In this document: positions 1 to 12,075 of the stretch, one piece after another
Numbering within the stretch: the first letter of the stretch is position 1
How the letters are laid out: every line of letters starts with the position of its first letter
NCBI GenBank assembly: GCA_976551045.1
Contig: CDPCPM010000180.1
Location: forward strand, 25,048,001 to 25,112,000
Length of the DNA: 64,000 bases
Reading direction: 5' to 3'
From: Glaucostegus cemiculus
Taxonomy: Eukaryota
Program-made: the position numbers and the translations under genes
Notes under the pieces: generated by a model
Told to the model about the DNA's origin: nothing
What the model saw: only the letters and a program-made list of their open reading frames with translations
Database searches by the model: none

Positions 1-689
1 AAATTTAACTGAAGTAAATGATGCCCTGTGGGCATGCTGAACTTCCAAGGTATGTGAAAATAAGGTTATAGCTGTCAAAAGTGACTTATTTTACTGATTA
101 ATTGAGGGTAGGGTGAGGTTTTAGTTGCTGAGATGCACAATCATTTCTTTTGATTTTTGCAAGGCTGCTTGATGTTACAGATTTTTAATTCCTCCACCCT
201 CCCCACCCCCATTTTCACAAGAATTCATGCTTTGAGAGGCATTCATGCAAAACACTGGTCACGGTCAGAGATATGAGGATCTGTGTGGATTGTGTGTCCT
301 TGTAGTGGAGATCTGTGTTTAGCACAAGACAGCTGCAAGAATATAATTAAGTAAACTGCTACTCGACTAGAAAAGTGAAGCACCGAATATAATGTGTGTA
401 TCAATCTGCAGGCAGTGTTACGGTTGCTGCACAATGTGCTATTGCAAAGCTTTTTCTCTGTTCCTGTTTCTCTGTTGTGGTCGTAACTTTTGACTTGGTT
501 GATTTAAGCAATGTGTCTTGATGATGGGATTTCTCACAATACTACATTCAAGGACTATAAGTGAATGACCTCACAGGGCATAATGTAGAACAGAAGTCTT
601 TCTGATCCTGCATGCTGATTAGGAGACCATATATCCGGCTTTGTGCTGTGTGCCCCACTGTGTCTATACGTTCCTTTCCCTATAAAAGA

Positions 690-2260
690 CAGAAAATGCT
701 GGAACACACAGCAGGCCAGGCAGTATCTATGGAAAGAGAAAAAGTGAGTTAACACTTTGGGTCAAGGCCCTTTCAGCTGAACTGGAAAAGAGAGAAAACG
801 TGTTGATTTTAAGTTGGGGAAGGAATGGCTAGGGTAAGAGGAATATCCCTGATAGGGTGGGGGTGGGACTGCTGTGGCGGTAAGTTGTTGTTGAAACCAT
901 CTGGCTGATAGATTAATGAAGGTAGTTCGAGAGATGTTCGAGGTGGGTATTCCTCAAGTTTAAGTTGGGCTCTGTTGGAACAATGCAGATAGGATAGAAT
1001 GGCAGTGGGATAGGGAACTAGAATGACAGACAACAGGAAACTCAGGGTTGTCCTGCAGATTGAACAAAGGTGCTACACAAAGCAGTCACCCAATCTGAAT
1101 TTGATATTTCCATTGTAGAGGAGACTACATCATGAGCACCAAATGTAATGCACTCGATTGCAAGAGGTGCAAGTGAATCATTATTTACCTGGAAGGACTC
1201 ATTGGGTCTCTGGGTGGTGGGAAGAGATGAGGTAAAAGAGCAGGTGAATCTCCTGTAATTGCATGGGAGCTTGTCGTGGGAAGGGCAGTGGTTACTGGAG
1301 ATGAGAAAATGAAAAAAAACCAAAATGGGGTGTTGCAAAGGAATGCTGAAAGGGTAGAGGAGAGAACTATGTATCTGGTTTTGGAATCTCATTGAATGTA
1401 GCAGAAACTGCAAAGGATGATCCATTGAATGTGGGGTTGGTGAGAAGGAAGGTGATAACCAGGGGGGCTTTATCCTTGCTCTGTCCTGGAGGATATGTGG
1501 GTGAGACCAGAGCTGTGGCAAATGGACGAGACAAGGTCAAAGGTCCTACCAACAATAGTAGAGGGGAAGCCACAGTTAAGGAAAAAGGAAACATCTCAGA
1601 GACACTGGTGTGGAAAGACTGGTCAATGGAGCAGAGACAGAGGATCTGGGAGAATGGAATGGGGTTATTACAGGAGGCAGGGTAGGAGGAAGTACAGTTG
1701 AGATAGCTGACAGAATCTGTAAGCTTATTATGGATGTTTGTTGCTAACCTTGAAACAAAGGCAGAGAGATGCAGAAAAGTAAGGGAAGACTAAGGGATGG
1801 ACGATGTGAAGATGAGAGTAAGCAGGAAATTAGCAGCAAAAATAATGATATTTTCAAGTTTTATATGAGTGCAGGAAGCAGCGTCAATAGAATCATTGAT
1901 GTACCAGAAAAAGAGTTGAAGGAGGGGCCTAATAAGACTCAAATGAGGACTGTACCCTGCATCCCACAAAAAGGCAGGTATAGGTTAGTTCCAAGCAAGT
2001 TCCCATAACTATATCTTTGATCTGGAGCAAGTGAAGTTAAAGGAAAAATTGGTCAATGTGAAAACAATGAACAGGCAACCCCCACTTTGATATATCTGTG
2101 GTTTCCCACATTGTCCGTGCAGTGTTCCAGTGAGGCTGTACATAAGCTTGGATAACAATACTTTCCATCTGGGCATTTGCAGCCTTCGGGACTTAATGCT
2201 GAATTCAACAGTTTCAGGTAACTCACTTTCAGAATTGGCCAGTTTTGCTGTAGGTTATCC
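690..2260 (-). mobile_element. Decayed Penelope-like retroelement (RT + GIY-YIG endonuclease + pLTR)
   Basis: The minus strand gives frameshifted PLE motifs. RT near 1830-2010: MGT...YTCLFVG...QLFFWYIND (compare YACLFVG/RYIDD). GIY-YIG near 1060-1200: SFQV..FTCTS..VHYIWCS.CSLLYNG..KFRLGDCF..HL. pLTR end at about 690-790. Confidence 0.85.
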
Positions 2261-2269
2261 ACTGGTAAT

Positions 2270-2700
2270 ATTTACTCAGATTTTTTTCTCTCCACTGACA
2301 CTGCCTGACTTGCTCGGTACTTCCTACACCTCTGACCTGCATTTTCACAGCTTTCACATGTTCTTTTGTTTGTGTTTTTTCTCTCTCTAACTGCCCTCAT
2401 TAATCTATCAACCAAATGGCTTCATCAACATCATCTCGCCACACCACATCAGCCTGTTCAGAGATCTTCCTATTGTCCTATTCATTTCTTTCCCCAGCCA
2501 CTCTGCAACTTAAAACTATTTTGTCTTCTCTCTTTGCCAGTTCAGTTGAAATGTTTGTTTCTCTTTCCATCTCTTTCCATAGATACTGCCTGATAGGCTG
2601 AGTGTTTCCAGCATTTTCTGTTTTAATTTCAGGTTTCCAGCATCACAGTTTTTCATTTTCATCTTGTTCCCTGGATGCTGCCCAATCAGCACCAAGCAAC
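2270..2700 (+). repeat. Penelope pLTR-derived fragments in opposite orientation to the 690-2260 element
   Basis: Motifs such as tttctctccactgacactgcctgacttgct and ccatagatactgcctgataggctgagtgtttccagcattttctgttttaatttcaggtttccagcatc match the reverse complement of the pLTR at 690-760. Confidence 0.65.
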
Positions 2701-3139
2701 AGAAGTTCACTGATGAACATTGTAATTTATGTTAGCCAGTTCCTGATCAATGTAGAAAATTGTGGTCACCAGGAGAGAAAATAATATAAAGTACCATAAC
2801 TCCACTGAGGTTGGATTTCTTTTACTAGGTTTTTTAACATAACTTAGATGGTGCGTCACACAACTTCCTTTAAGCATGATAAAAAGATAGCATGCACACA
2901 CTAAAATTAGAATTGATGTTTACGTCAGAATTGCTGGACATTGCCTCTATGTTGATAAGTATGCACTGTGGGTCATTGAATCCATTTAAGTATTGATTCT
3001 ACAAAACTAGTGTCTGCATATGCTCTGCTGGGGAATTGCAAATGGACTGATTGATCTGAATGGTGATCTCTCATGAAATCTAATGCACATTGCTTGAATC
3101 ATCATGCTATATTCAGTTCTCGGATATCAGCAACAGCTA

Positions 3140-3520
3140 TAATCTGTATTTATATTGCACGCTTAATGTAGTAAAATGTCCCAAGGCCTTTCATAAGATT
3201 TGATCAAACAAAAACTGACGCTGAACCCAGAGGGAGATAAAAGGTTATCGAAAACTTGGTTAAAATGGTAGGTTTTAAGGAGCATCATGAAGGAAGAAGG
3301 AAAGATGTCAAGACAGAAAGGTGTGCGAGGGAATTCCATAATTTTGAGCCATGGCAATCAAAGGAATGGCCATCAGTGGAGCAACTAAATTTGGTGGTGC
3401 TCAAGAGAAGGAACTGAAGGAGTGAAGATGCCTTGGAGTGTTTTAGAGGATATATCAGAGAAAAGGAGTGCAAGGTCAAAGAAAGAATTGATAATAGGAA
3501 TGTTAATTCTTGTAGCTGTG
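3140..3520 (-). mobile_element. Old L2-type LINE 3' fragment
   Basis: Starts with tgtatttatattgcacgcttaatgtagtaaaatgtcccaagg, a typical reverse-strand L2 3' end. Minus strand translates partly to ..KLWNSL.. Related decayed sequence continues at about 4380-4700. Confidence 0.55.
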
Positions 3521-3537
3521 GGGTAGCAGCACCACTG

Positions 3538-4342
3538 TCTGCACAGTGGCACAGCTAGTAGGCCTGCTGCTTCACAGTTCCAGCAACCTGGGTTCAGTGC
3601 TGAAGATGGGTGCGAACTGAGTGGAGATTGCATGCCCTTCCCGTGATCGTGTGGGTTTCCGCCACTTGTTCCAGTTTCCTCCCACATCCAAAGGACGGAT
3701 GGGTTGGTAGAACTGTACAGCACAGAACAGGCCCTTTGGGCCCACGATGTTGTGCCAACTAATTAAGCTAATGACACTTAATTCTGCCTGCACATGGTCC
3801 ATGTCCTTCCATTCTCTGCATATTCATGTGCCTACCTTAAATGCTTCTATAGGTGTCTGCAACCACCACCACCCCTGACAGTGCATTCCAGGCACCTACC
3901 ACTCTCTGTATAAAAAAAGCCTGCCCCGCACATCTCCTTTGAACTTTCCCCTCTCACCTTAAATGCTTCCCTCTAGTATTAGACGTTAGATATTTTGACC
4001 CTGGGAAAGAGATACCAGCTGCCTATCTATGCCTCTCATAATTTTATAAACTTCTATCAGGTCACCTCTCAGCTTCCGCTGCTCCAGAAGAAGCAACAAT
4101 AGTTTGTCCAAATTTTCCTTATAGCATATACCTTCTAATCCAGGCAGCATCCTGATAAACCTCCTCTCCATACCCTCCAATTGTTCATTGTAAATTGTCC
4201 CTGCTGTGTAGATGAGTGATAGAATCATGGGGGAGTTGATGAGAATGTGGGAAAAGTGCCATGGAATTAGTGTAAATAGATGCCTGAGGTTTGGTCTGGA
4301 CTTGGTGGACCAAAGGGCCTGTATCCATGCTGTGTAACTCTA
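3538..4342 (+). mobile_element. tRNA-derived V-SINE (HE1-like), split by a CR1 insertion
   Basis: Head gcacagtggcacagctagta..gggttcag and V-domain gtggagattgcatg..gtgggtttcc..tttcctcccacatccaaagg run to about 3710. The element resumes at about 4180 (attgtaaattgtccc) and ends in the CR1-type tail gggcctgtatccatgctgtgtaactcta. Confidence 0.8.
3711..4180 (-). mobile_element. CR1/HER1-like LINE 3' fragment
   Basis: Minus-strand ORF RRFIRMLPGLEG..LEQRKLRGDLIEVYKIMRGIDR, plus the 3' tail aactgtacagcacagaacaggccc. Confidence 0.9.
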
Positions 4343-4705
4343 TTTTAAACATGTGACATTGTATAACCAATTGTCATTATAGGTCAACAAGCACATGGAT
4401 AATACGTGAATGGTACTTCATCTGAGCTTGCAGCACAGATTTGGGTGTTCTCGGGTTTATAGAAGAGAAAGTGGGAAAGCTAGTCACATGTCCATTGGAA
4501 TAACCAAATTGAGAGATAACAATATGGATGAGTTTCAGCAGTAGATGAGCTGAGTTAGAGGCAGAAGTAGCTGAGGTTTCAGAGCTAGAGGACGTGGTCT
4601 TATGATGGCACAAAAATGTGCTCAGAAACTCATCTCAAGGTTGAACATGGAACATGAAAATAAACAGTCCCACACAGGGGGTTGGTCAACACGGTCAGAA
4701 CACCT

Positions 4706-5352
4706 TGTAAAGAAAGCTTTTGGCATCCTGGCATTCATAAATCAAAGTATTGAATATAGGAGTTGGGATGTTATGGTGAGGTTGTATAAGACATTGGTGA
4801 GGCCAAATTTAGAGTATTGTGTGCAGTTTTGCTCACATAACTATAGGAAGGATATCAGTAAGATTGAAAGAGTGCAGAGAAGATTTACTAGAATGTTGCC
4901 GGGTCTTCAGGAGTTGAGTTACAGGGAAAGATTGAACAGGTTAGGACTTTATTCCTTGGAGCGTAGAAGAATGAGGGGAGATCTGATAGAGGTTTACAAA
5001 ATTATGAGGGGTATTGACAGAGTAAATGTGAGTAGGCTCTTTCCACCTAGTTTAGGAGAGATAAATACGAGAGGACATGGCTTTAGGGTGAAAGGGGAAA
5101 GGTTTAGAGGGAACATTAGGGGGAACAACTTCTCTCAGAGAGTGGTGGGAGTGTGGAACGAGCTGCCATCTGATGTGGTAAATGCAGGCTCACTCTTAAG
5201 TTTTAAGAATAAATTGGATGGATACATGGATGGGGGAGGTCTGGAGGATTATGGACTGGGTGCAGGTCAATGGGACTAGTGGAATAAAGTTTTGGCACAG
5301 ACTAGAAGGGCTGAATGGCCTGTTTTCTGTGCTGTAGTGTTCTATGGTTCTA
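4706..5352 (+). mobile_element. Young 5'-truncated CR1/HER1-like LINE (ORF2 C-terminus still open)
   Basis: Uninterrupted frame VKKAFGILAFI..LYKTLVRPNLEYCVQF..LERRRMRGDLIEVYKI..FSQRVVGVWNELP, and the 3' tail gtgctgtagtgttctatggttcta. Confidence 0.95.
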
Positions 5353-5379
5353 ACACATGAAGGCGGGGTAATGAACTGG

Positions 5380-6640
5380 CATTGGTTAAGAAAAGGTTAA
5401 CGGATAGAAAACAATCTTACTCAGGTTGGCAGAATGTGAAAAATGAGGTATTTAGAGGTTGGTACTTGAGTCCCAGCCATTCATGTTCAATGTCAACAAT
5501 TTGGCTGAGGGACTAAATGTCATATTTCCAAGTTTGCTCATGATACTAAAATCAGCTGGGAATGTAAGCAGAGAGGAGGACGTAAAGACGCTTTGAGAAG
5601 ATATAGACAAGCTAAGTGAGTGAGCAGGAACATGGCAGATGGAAAAATGTGTGGTGATCCACTTGGGTGCACAAGATATAGAAGCAGAGTATTTTTTTAA
5701 ATGGTGAGAGATTTGATGTTCTGAGGGACCTGGGTATTCTTATCATTGAAAGATAGTGTGGGTGCAGCAAGCAGTTCGGAAGACATATGTGTATTTTGGC
5801 CTTTATTATGAAAGGATTTGATTACAAGAGCAAAGATGTCATATTGCAGTTACATGGGGCCTTGGTGAGACTGTGCTTGGGATAATGTATAGAGTTTTGG
5901 TCGTCTGACTAGCAGAACAGCCATAGAGGGAATGAAACAAAATTTCACTTGTTTCTGGGATGTCAGGTTTGCTGTACAAGGAGATCTTGAGTAGACTAGG
6001 CCTGTATTCTCTATAAATTTTATAAATTATAAATTTTATCTACAGCGTGGAGCAGGCCCTTTCAGCCCAATGAGTCTGTGCCGCCACTTTAAATCCCCAA
6101 ATTAACCTACCCATACGTCTTTCAGAATGTGGGAGGAAACCGGAGCACCTGGAGGAAACCCACGCAGACATGGGAAAATGTACAAACTCCTTACAGTCAG
6201 CAACGGGAATTGAACCCCGATCGCTGGTGCTGTAACAGCGTCGCGCTAACCGCTACGCTATCGTGCTGCGTGAGAGGTGAACTCAAAATTCTTCCAGGGT
6301 TCAGCAGGCTGAAGACAGGGAGGATGTTTCCTCTGGCAAAGTGAGGAGTCTCAAACCAAGGATCAGAGTCTCAGAGTAAGGGTTAGGCATTTAGGACTGA
6401 AATATAGAGAAATATCTTCACTGAGGGGCTGCTGAATCTTTGGAATTCTCTAACCCAGAGAGCTGTGGAGGCTCACTCACTGAGTTCATTCAAAACAAAG
6501 ATCAATAGATTTCTGGATATTACAGGATTATGTGGATAGTGCAGGAAAATGCTGCTGAGGTAGAAGATCAGCCATGATCTTGATGAATTGTGGATCAGGC
6601 ACAAAGGGCCAGATGGTCTTCTGCTCCTAATTCTTACGTT
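5380..6640 (+). mobile_element. Older CR1 LINE RT/3' fragment, interrupted by a SINE
   Basis: Decayed motifs ccaagtttgctcatgatactaaa (KFADDTK) and gtgatccacttggg (VIHLG), and 3' end cagccatgatc..ctgctcctaattctta. Confidence 0.85.
6013..6269 (-). mobile_element. Young V-SINE (HE1-like) with intact A and B boxes
   Basis: Minus strand reads gcagcacgaTAGCGTAGCGGttagcgcg..GGTTCAATTCCcg, then the V-domain, a CR1-like tail and a short (ataaattt)n end. Many CpGs are retained. Confidence 0.9.
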
Positions 6641-8699
6641 CTTAAATTAAGTTTTCTGAAATATGGTGCATCACATGTATCAACAGGCTATCTAGCTTTG
6701 TTGTAATTAGTGCAGAGTACGCCTAAGGTAGAGTAGATTTTAAAGGACTTATGTTCTTACTCTTTGTTGAACACATTTGTATTGTTTGAAGCTGAGTTGT
6801 AACAGGATGGATCTGGTTCTACATGAGTCTGAATTACATAGTGCTAGCCAGAAGCAGAGTAAAGCTACGTTTGCTGAGTAAAGAAGGAGATAATGACTTC
6901 AATTGCTGCAGAGAAACCCAGGCAAATATATTTAAATTGGACTCAAGCTGATAGCAGCGAGGATTATTAACTACAGAGGTAGGCTATAGTCATGAGTATT
7001 TTTCAGACTTCCATATGCAGTGAATGGTGGGGGGTGGGGGAGACAGAGTAAACTACAAGGAAGCCAAGGGGGGTGGGGGGGAGAAAAGTCTGCCTGTCAT
7101 TTTATTGACCCTCATGAGAAATAAAGCAGGAAAATTTTATTGCAGGTTTAGGCTGAGCATCTGCAATCCTGATCAGGGTGTGTTATTATTCATGTGAGGA
7201 TTTCAGTTGTGTACTCTGAGTAAATTTTTAACCAAGTGTATAATTTCTTTCACACTCAAAAAATAGGGCATCACACATGCTCCATATGGTTAGATTGGAA
7301 ACCTAATCTTGTATGTGCTTTAAAGGGTAACTTGATGAAACCACTGAAGAGTTGCCTCTCTGTGTTGCTGAGATAATGGTCTTAAGAGATTTATACTGTA
7401 TTACAGATGCCATGGAAATTGGCATTGATGGATTTTTCACAGTGCTTTATTTATAATTATTCCTACTAGCTATGTTTGTGCAATGCTGTAATAATATTGA
7501 AATAGCTTTCTTTGTAGACACATTTTTTAATAAGGTTTTCTATTGTATGTTACTCAGCATTTAAATTTCAATAATTAACTTTGTTAAATTAACTTTCTTG
7601 TCCTGTAAACGTAGAACAATTATAAATTAAATTTCAGCAGTTGGTTTCATTATTGGTAACTTATTAAGCAAAAGCAGAAAGGGGTCAGGATGCTTCATCC
7701 ATCAGTAAAATAACTTGGTGTCTTTCCTTTTCTTGAATGCACGACCTGTGCAAGAGCAGTGACAGAACCCATTTGTCATAGCTCGGTATTGACTAGACAG
7801 AGACTGCCCTATTCAGTATATAGCCCAAATCCCAGAGGATCCCACTGTCACAGCCCAGGGCTGCCTTAACCCAGAGTGAGGCCTGGCAAGAAAGGTAAAA
7901 GTATAGAGCTCCTAATTAGCCAATGACTGCAGAGACCAGTCACTGTTGAGACCTAAGGGAGGCAGGTTCTGATTTGCTCCCCTGCTGTGTCATGGTGGCA
8001 ATTTAGGAATTTAATAATGAATGCTTGCCTTGAGAAATTACTTTCTGCTGCCTGGTCTTTTTGTCGGTAGCATATTCTCCTCCTGAAAGCCTCAAAGGCA
8101 TTGCCATTCTGTTTTCTTATCAGTAACACCACACTACTCCCCCCAAAAAACCTTAATGAAATGCAATTAATTTCTGTCAGTGGTAATAAATTGCACTTTT
8201 CACAGTGTCTGATGCCTCCACAATTGCTGCTTGAATGTGTCATAATTACGCACTGTCCTATATAATTTGACCTCTGCCACAACGCAGTTTTATGGACACA
8301 GCTGTACTTACATGTTACACAAATGGAGGGCTCTTTTTATGTCCACACCAATTAACGTAAACGTGGAACTCAATGATACTGATGAAGCCTTGGTTTAAGA
8401 GCTTGTACTGCAAGTCAGTTCAGGTGAAGATTTTGAAGGAACGGGGAAAGCTTCTTGTGGAACAGAAAACAAAACAGTATTTTTTAAAATTCATTTTATT
8501 AGTTTGTTGGTTGTGCTTTTTAAATGCTCACAATATCTCACAGTACATACAATGGGAATTAAAAATATTTAGAACTTAACTGAACAAGGTACAGAGAGAT
8601 AGCTTAAAATCTGCTTTTCGCTGATAATGACTTTCTTCTCATACCATGAGGGCATAGAATTGATAATTAACCACTTTTTAGGTGCATTATAACAACAAC

Positions 8700-9480
8700 T
8701 TGAACTGATGAAGTTTAATGTGGAGAAATGCAAGGCGATGCATTTGGTAGGAAGAATGAGGAGAGGTAATATAGAGCAAAGGAAACTGTGCCGATAGGAA
8801 TGTACATGCAGCGGGACTTGGGGGCATAGGTGCACAAATCATTGAAAGTTGCAGGGCAGGCTAAGAAAGTGGTTAATGAAGCGTACACATTTCTGGGCCT
8901 TATCAAAAGAGGCATAGCGTGTTAGAGCAGGGAATTCATGCTGAACCTTTATGAAGCACTGGTCTGGCCTCAACTGGGGTTTTGTGTCCAATTCTGCATG
9001 TCAGATTATAGAAAGGATGTGAAGCCTTTAGAAATGGTTCAATATAGATTAATGAGAATGGTTCATGGCATGAGAGACTACAGTTACAAGGATAGATTAG
9101 AGGCTGGATCTTTCCTTTGGAAAAGGCCATGGGGAGATTTGATAGAAGCATATAAAATAATGCTGAACAGGGTGGATGGTGGGAAACTGTTCCCGTTGAT
9201 GGAGCGGTTGAAAGTTAGAGGTCGCAGGTACAAAATAAAGGGGGAAAAGTTAAGGGAAAAAATCATGCAGCATAGCTTGGAATCTGGAATCCTATGCCTG
9301 CAGATGTGGTGGAAGCTGATCCATTGTGGCCTTCAAGACGGAAGGTGAAGAAAAATAAGCAAGGCTATTGGAGAAAGAGCAGTGGCTGGAACTGGAGCTT
9401 TGCTCAGGTAGTGAGCTGGTGTGAACATGTTGGGCTGAATGGCCTCCTTCTGTGCTGTCACCATTCTATGGTTCTATGAC
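8700..9480 (+). mobile_element. CR1 LINE 3' fragment
   Basis: MKFNVEKCKAMHL.., LYEALVWPQLGFCVQF, GDLIEAYKI, and tail gggctgaatggcctccttctgtgctg..ttctatggttctat. Confidence 0.9.
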
Positions 9481-9699
9481 TTCACACACAAGGAGTACTT
9501 TATTAATTGTAGCATGTCCCTTTGTCCTAGCTTGAGCTTCATTATTAGATACTTGACATCATCAAGCTCTGCTTAACAGTTCAAGTGGTGACACTTGTGC
9601 TAGTTCTCTCCTCATTTCTGGGTGGGATGGTTGCAGCATGCATTGTTGATGGAGATAATTCTGTTAGCAGGGAGGCTACTGATTTACCATAATCAAAAA

Positions 9700-9842
9700 T
9701 AAAAAATTCTCCAGATGCTGGAAATCTGAGATAAAAAGAGCTGAAAATGTGGGAAGTACTGAACAGGTTGGGCAGATCTGCAGAGAGAGAGACAAATAAA
9801 ATGTTAACTGTTTCTTTTTCCACAGATGCTGCCCCATCTGTA
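9700..9842. repeat. Head-to-head Penelope pLTR fragments (palindromic arrangement around gttaac)
   Basis: cagatgctggaaatctgag..caggttgggcagatctgcagagagaga is followed by tttctttttccacagatgctgcc in the opposite orientation. Confidence 0.6.
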
Positions 9843-11749
9843 TTTCCCTCATTTTATCCTTGTAACTGTAGTCCCTCATGCCATGAACCATTCGCATAAA
9901 TCTATACTGAACTCTTGATGTTGCTCAATATATTTGCTCGAGTATTTTCAAAGACTGATCATGTTTTGCTTTGTTTGCTAAGTGTAAAGGAAAATAATAA
10001 ATAAATGAAACATTTTAATTGGAAATACTAATAGACTGTAAGTTCCAGTGTTACAGTGCTCTGTTGAACTTTTGATAGTAATAAACATCTGTAATACGCT
10101 GCTAACAGATGTCTAATATATTGGGACACAGTCCTTTATGCTGTGCCCCTTGGATGCCTTGTGTTTCAATCACTTGGCAGATCAGAGGAAGCAATTATGA
10201 AACATGTGACTGAGAGGATGTTCCCCCAGCAGATGTTCCATTCCTTCCTATTGTTTCAAAAAGTGACTTCTCGAAATATTGGTTTTTAACGTAATAGAAT
10301 GTGAAGACCAAGGTAACAAGTGGAAGGGTGAAAAACTATTATGAAGTTACTTTGGAAAATCTGAATCATGAACTGTGAGTCTTAACAATCACCCCATGTC
10401 TATTTTTAGATTTTTTGTAAGTAGAACCACGACTTGAACACCACAATGCAGTGGAAGTCTTTCTGACCATGCTTCCCTAGCCTCTTTGGCTGATCTTGTT
10501 CCAATCACGCACTTAGTAACTGTGCAGAATGCCCAAACAGCAGATGTACTTATTTCCAGTCTTATGACTGAGCCATTTTGACAAAGTTTCTTTTGTTTGA
10601 CAAACTTGCCAGTCATAACTTGTGAAAATTTAAGTACACAGCAGTTTTAGCTATTTTAAGAAAAAAATGTCAAAAATTCATAAAATCTTATTTTAGAATT
10701 ATGCATCACATGACCTAAACCCCACCTGATCTTTGTGTCTCACTCTTGTAGAAGCATAGCCTAGGAAAACTCTTGTCAATTTAAATAACACTGAATTGTG
10801 TAATATTCATTCTATGTTTGTTGATTGAACTACTAACTACTTTTTTATGGCATGTTTGGTTGAGCACCAATATTTTATATGTAAGAATGTAAAATTATCC
10901 TTATTGCAACTGAAAATTATATCTGGATTGGACATATTTCATGCTTGGTGTAGATTCTGAGGTGGGCAGTAATGTAGTAAGTGACATCTGGGTTGCTTGG
11001 AGGATTTTGGTGCCTAGTGTGTATGGAGTTAAATAATGGTAATTTTTTTATAAGTTGTCACAATACTGCTGACCCAACAGGAGTGCCTTTCAGTTGACAG
11101 CCCGCTCAAGAGGATGCTCAGAAATGTGCAATCAGCCAGAGAGCTCTTAACACTATCTGACTGATTTGGAATGACAGAATAACACCGGGAAGGCACTTAC
11201 CATTAGGAGTTCATCATTTAACTGGTTCAAGTCTCACAGTTTTGGAGTGTAGGAAGGATCATTGGAAGGAATTGTCAACATGGAGGTAATTGCCTGGAGC
11301 ATTTGTTTAAAACTATAGACTGCTAGTCTAATCCATTTGCATTCTTGGTCTTGTAAAACCTGATTTTTAATGATTGGTGAGTAATGATGTTGAAATCACA
11401 GTGCCCTTTATTAGCATTAAATGTGTGAATGCAAGTGTGTGATATTCCATTTTCTATTATTGTAACAAAGGCCACAAAGCATTTATTTTAAACCGAGAAT
11501 TTCCTCCGTCCAGCCACTCACTTTTATTGTAGTGAATTCTCTTCAGAGCGTGCTTATCTGCCTTTCTTGTTGACACCTTGATCAGCTGGCCCACAATTTT
11601 ACAGAGGCATTTATGGAGTATTTATTGGCATAAAAACTAGAAATGGGTTATCTAGACTTTGTGAAATTGTGGAATAACTTTCTTTGTGCTGTGCTTATGG
11701 GAAATTCCTGGTTCCTCAATGGCTCTGCAACTGTCTTCACATCTGTGCA

Positions 11750-12075
11750 CATAGATAGGGTGGACTAGCAATATCTTTTTCCCATTATTGCATGATGTAA
11801 TACCAGAGGGCATTCATTTAAGGTGAGAGGGGGTAGGATCAGAACAAACGACAGGGGTACGTTTTTTACTCAGAGAGCAGTGGATGCCTGGAATGCATTG
11901 CCTGATAGGGTGGTGGAGGCAAATTCATTTGGGGCTTTTAAGAGGGGCTTGGATGGGCACATGAATGAGAAAAAAAATGGAGGGATATGGGCATTCTGTA
12001 GGTAGAAGGGATTAGCTATGTCAGCACAACTCTGTGGATCATAGGGCCTGTTCTGTGCTGTACTGTTCAATGTTC
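11750..12075 (+). mobile_element. CR1 LINE 3' fragment
   Basis: FFTQRAVDAWNALP..FKRGLD, and tail gggcctgttctgtgctgtactgttc. Confidence 0.9.

Noticed and set aside
4602-5279. 225-aa ORF as a host gene
   Set aside because: It is the CR1 ORF2 C-terminus fused by chance to flanking sequence.
6190-6269. tRNA gene
   Set aside because: The A and B boxes belong to a SINE head followed by a V-domain and LINE tail, and there is no complete cloverleaf.
7407-7455. Triadin-like peptide DAMEIGIDGFFTVL after an AG
   Set aside because: The upstream residues do not match triadin, a stop follows and there is no donor site.
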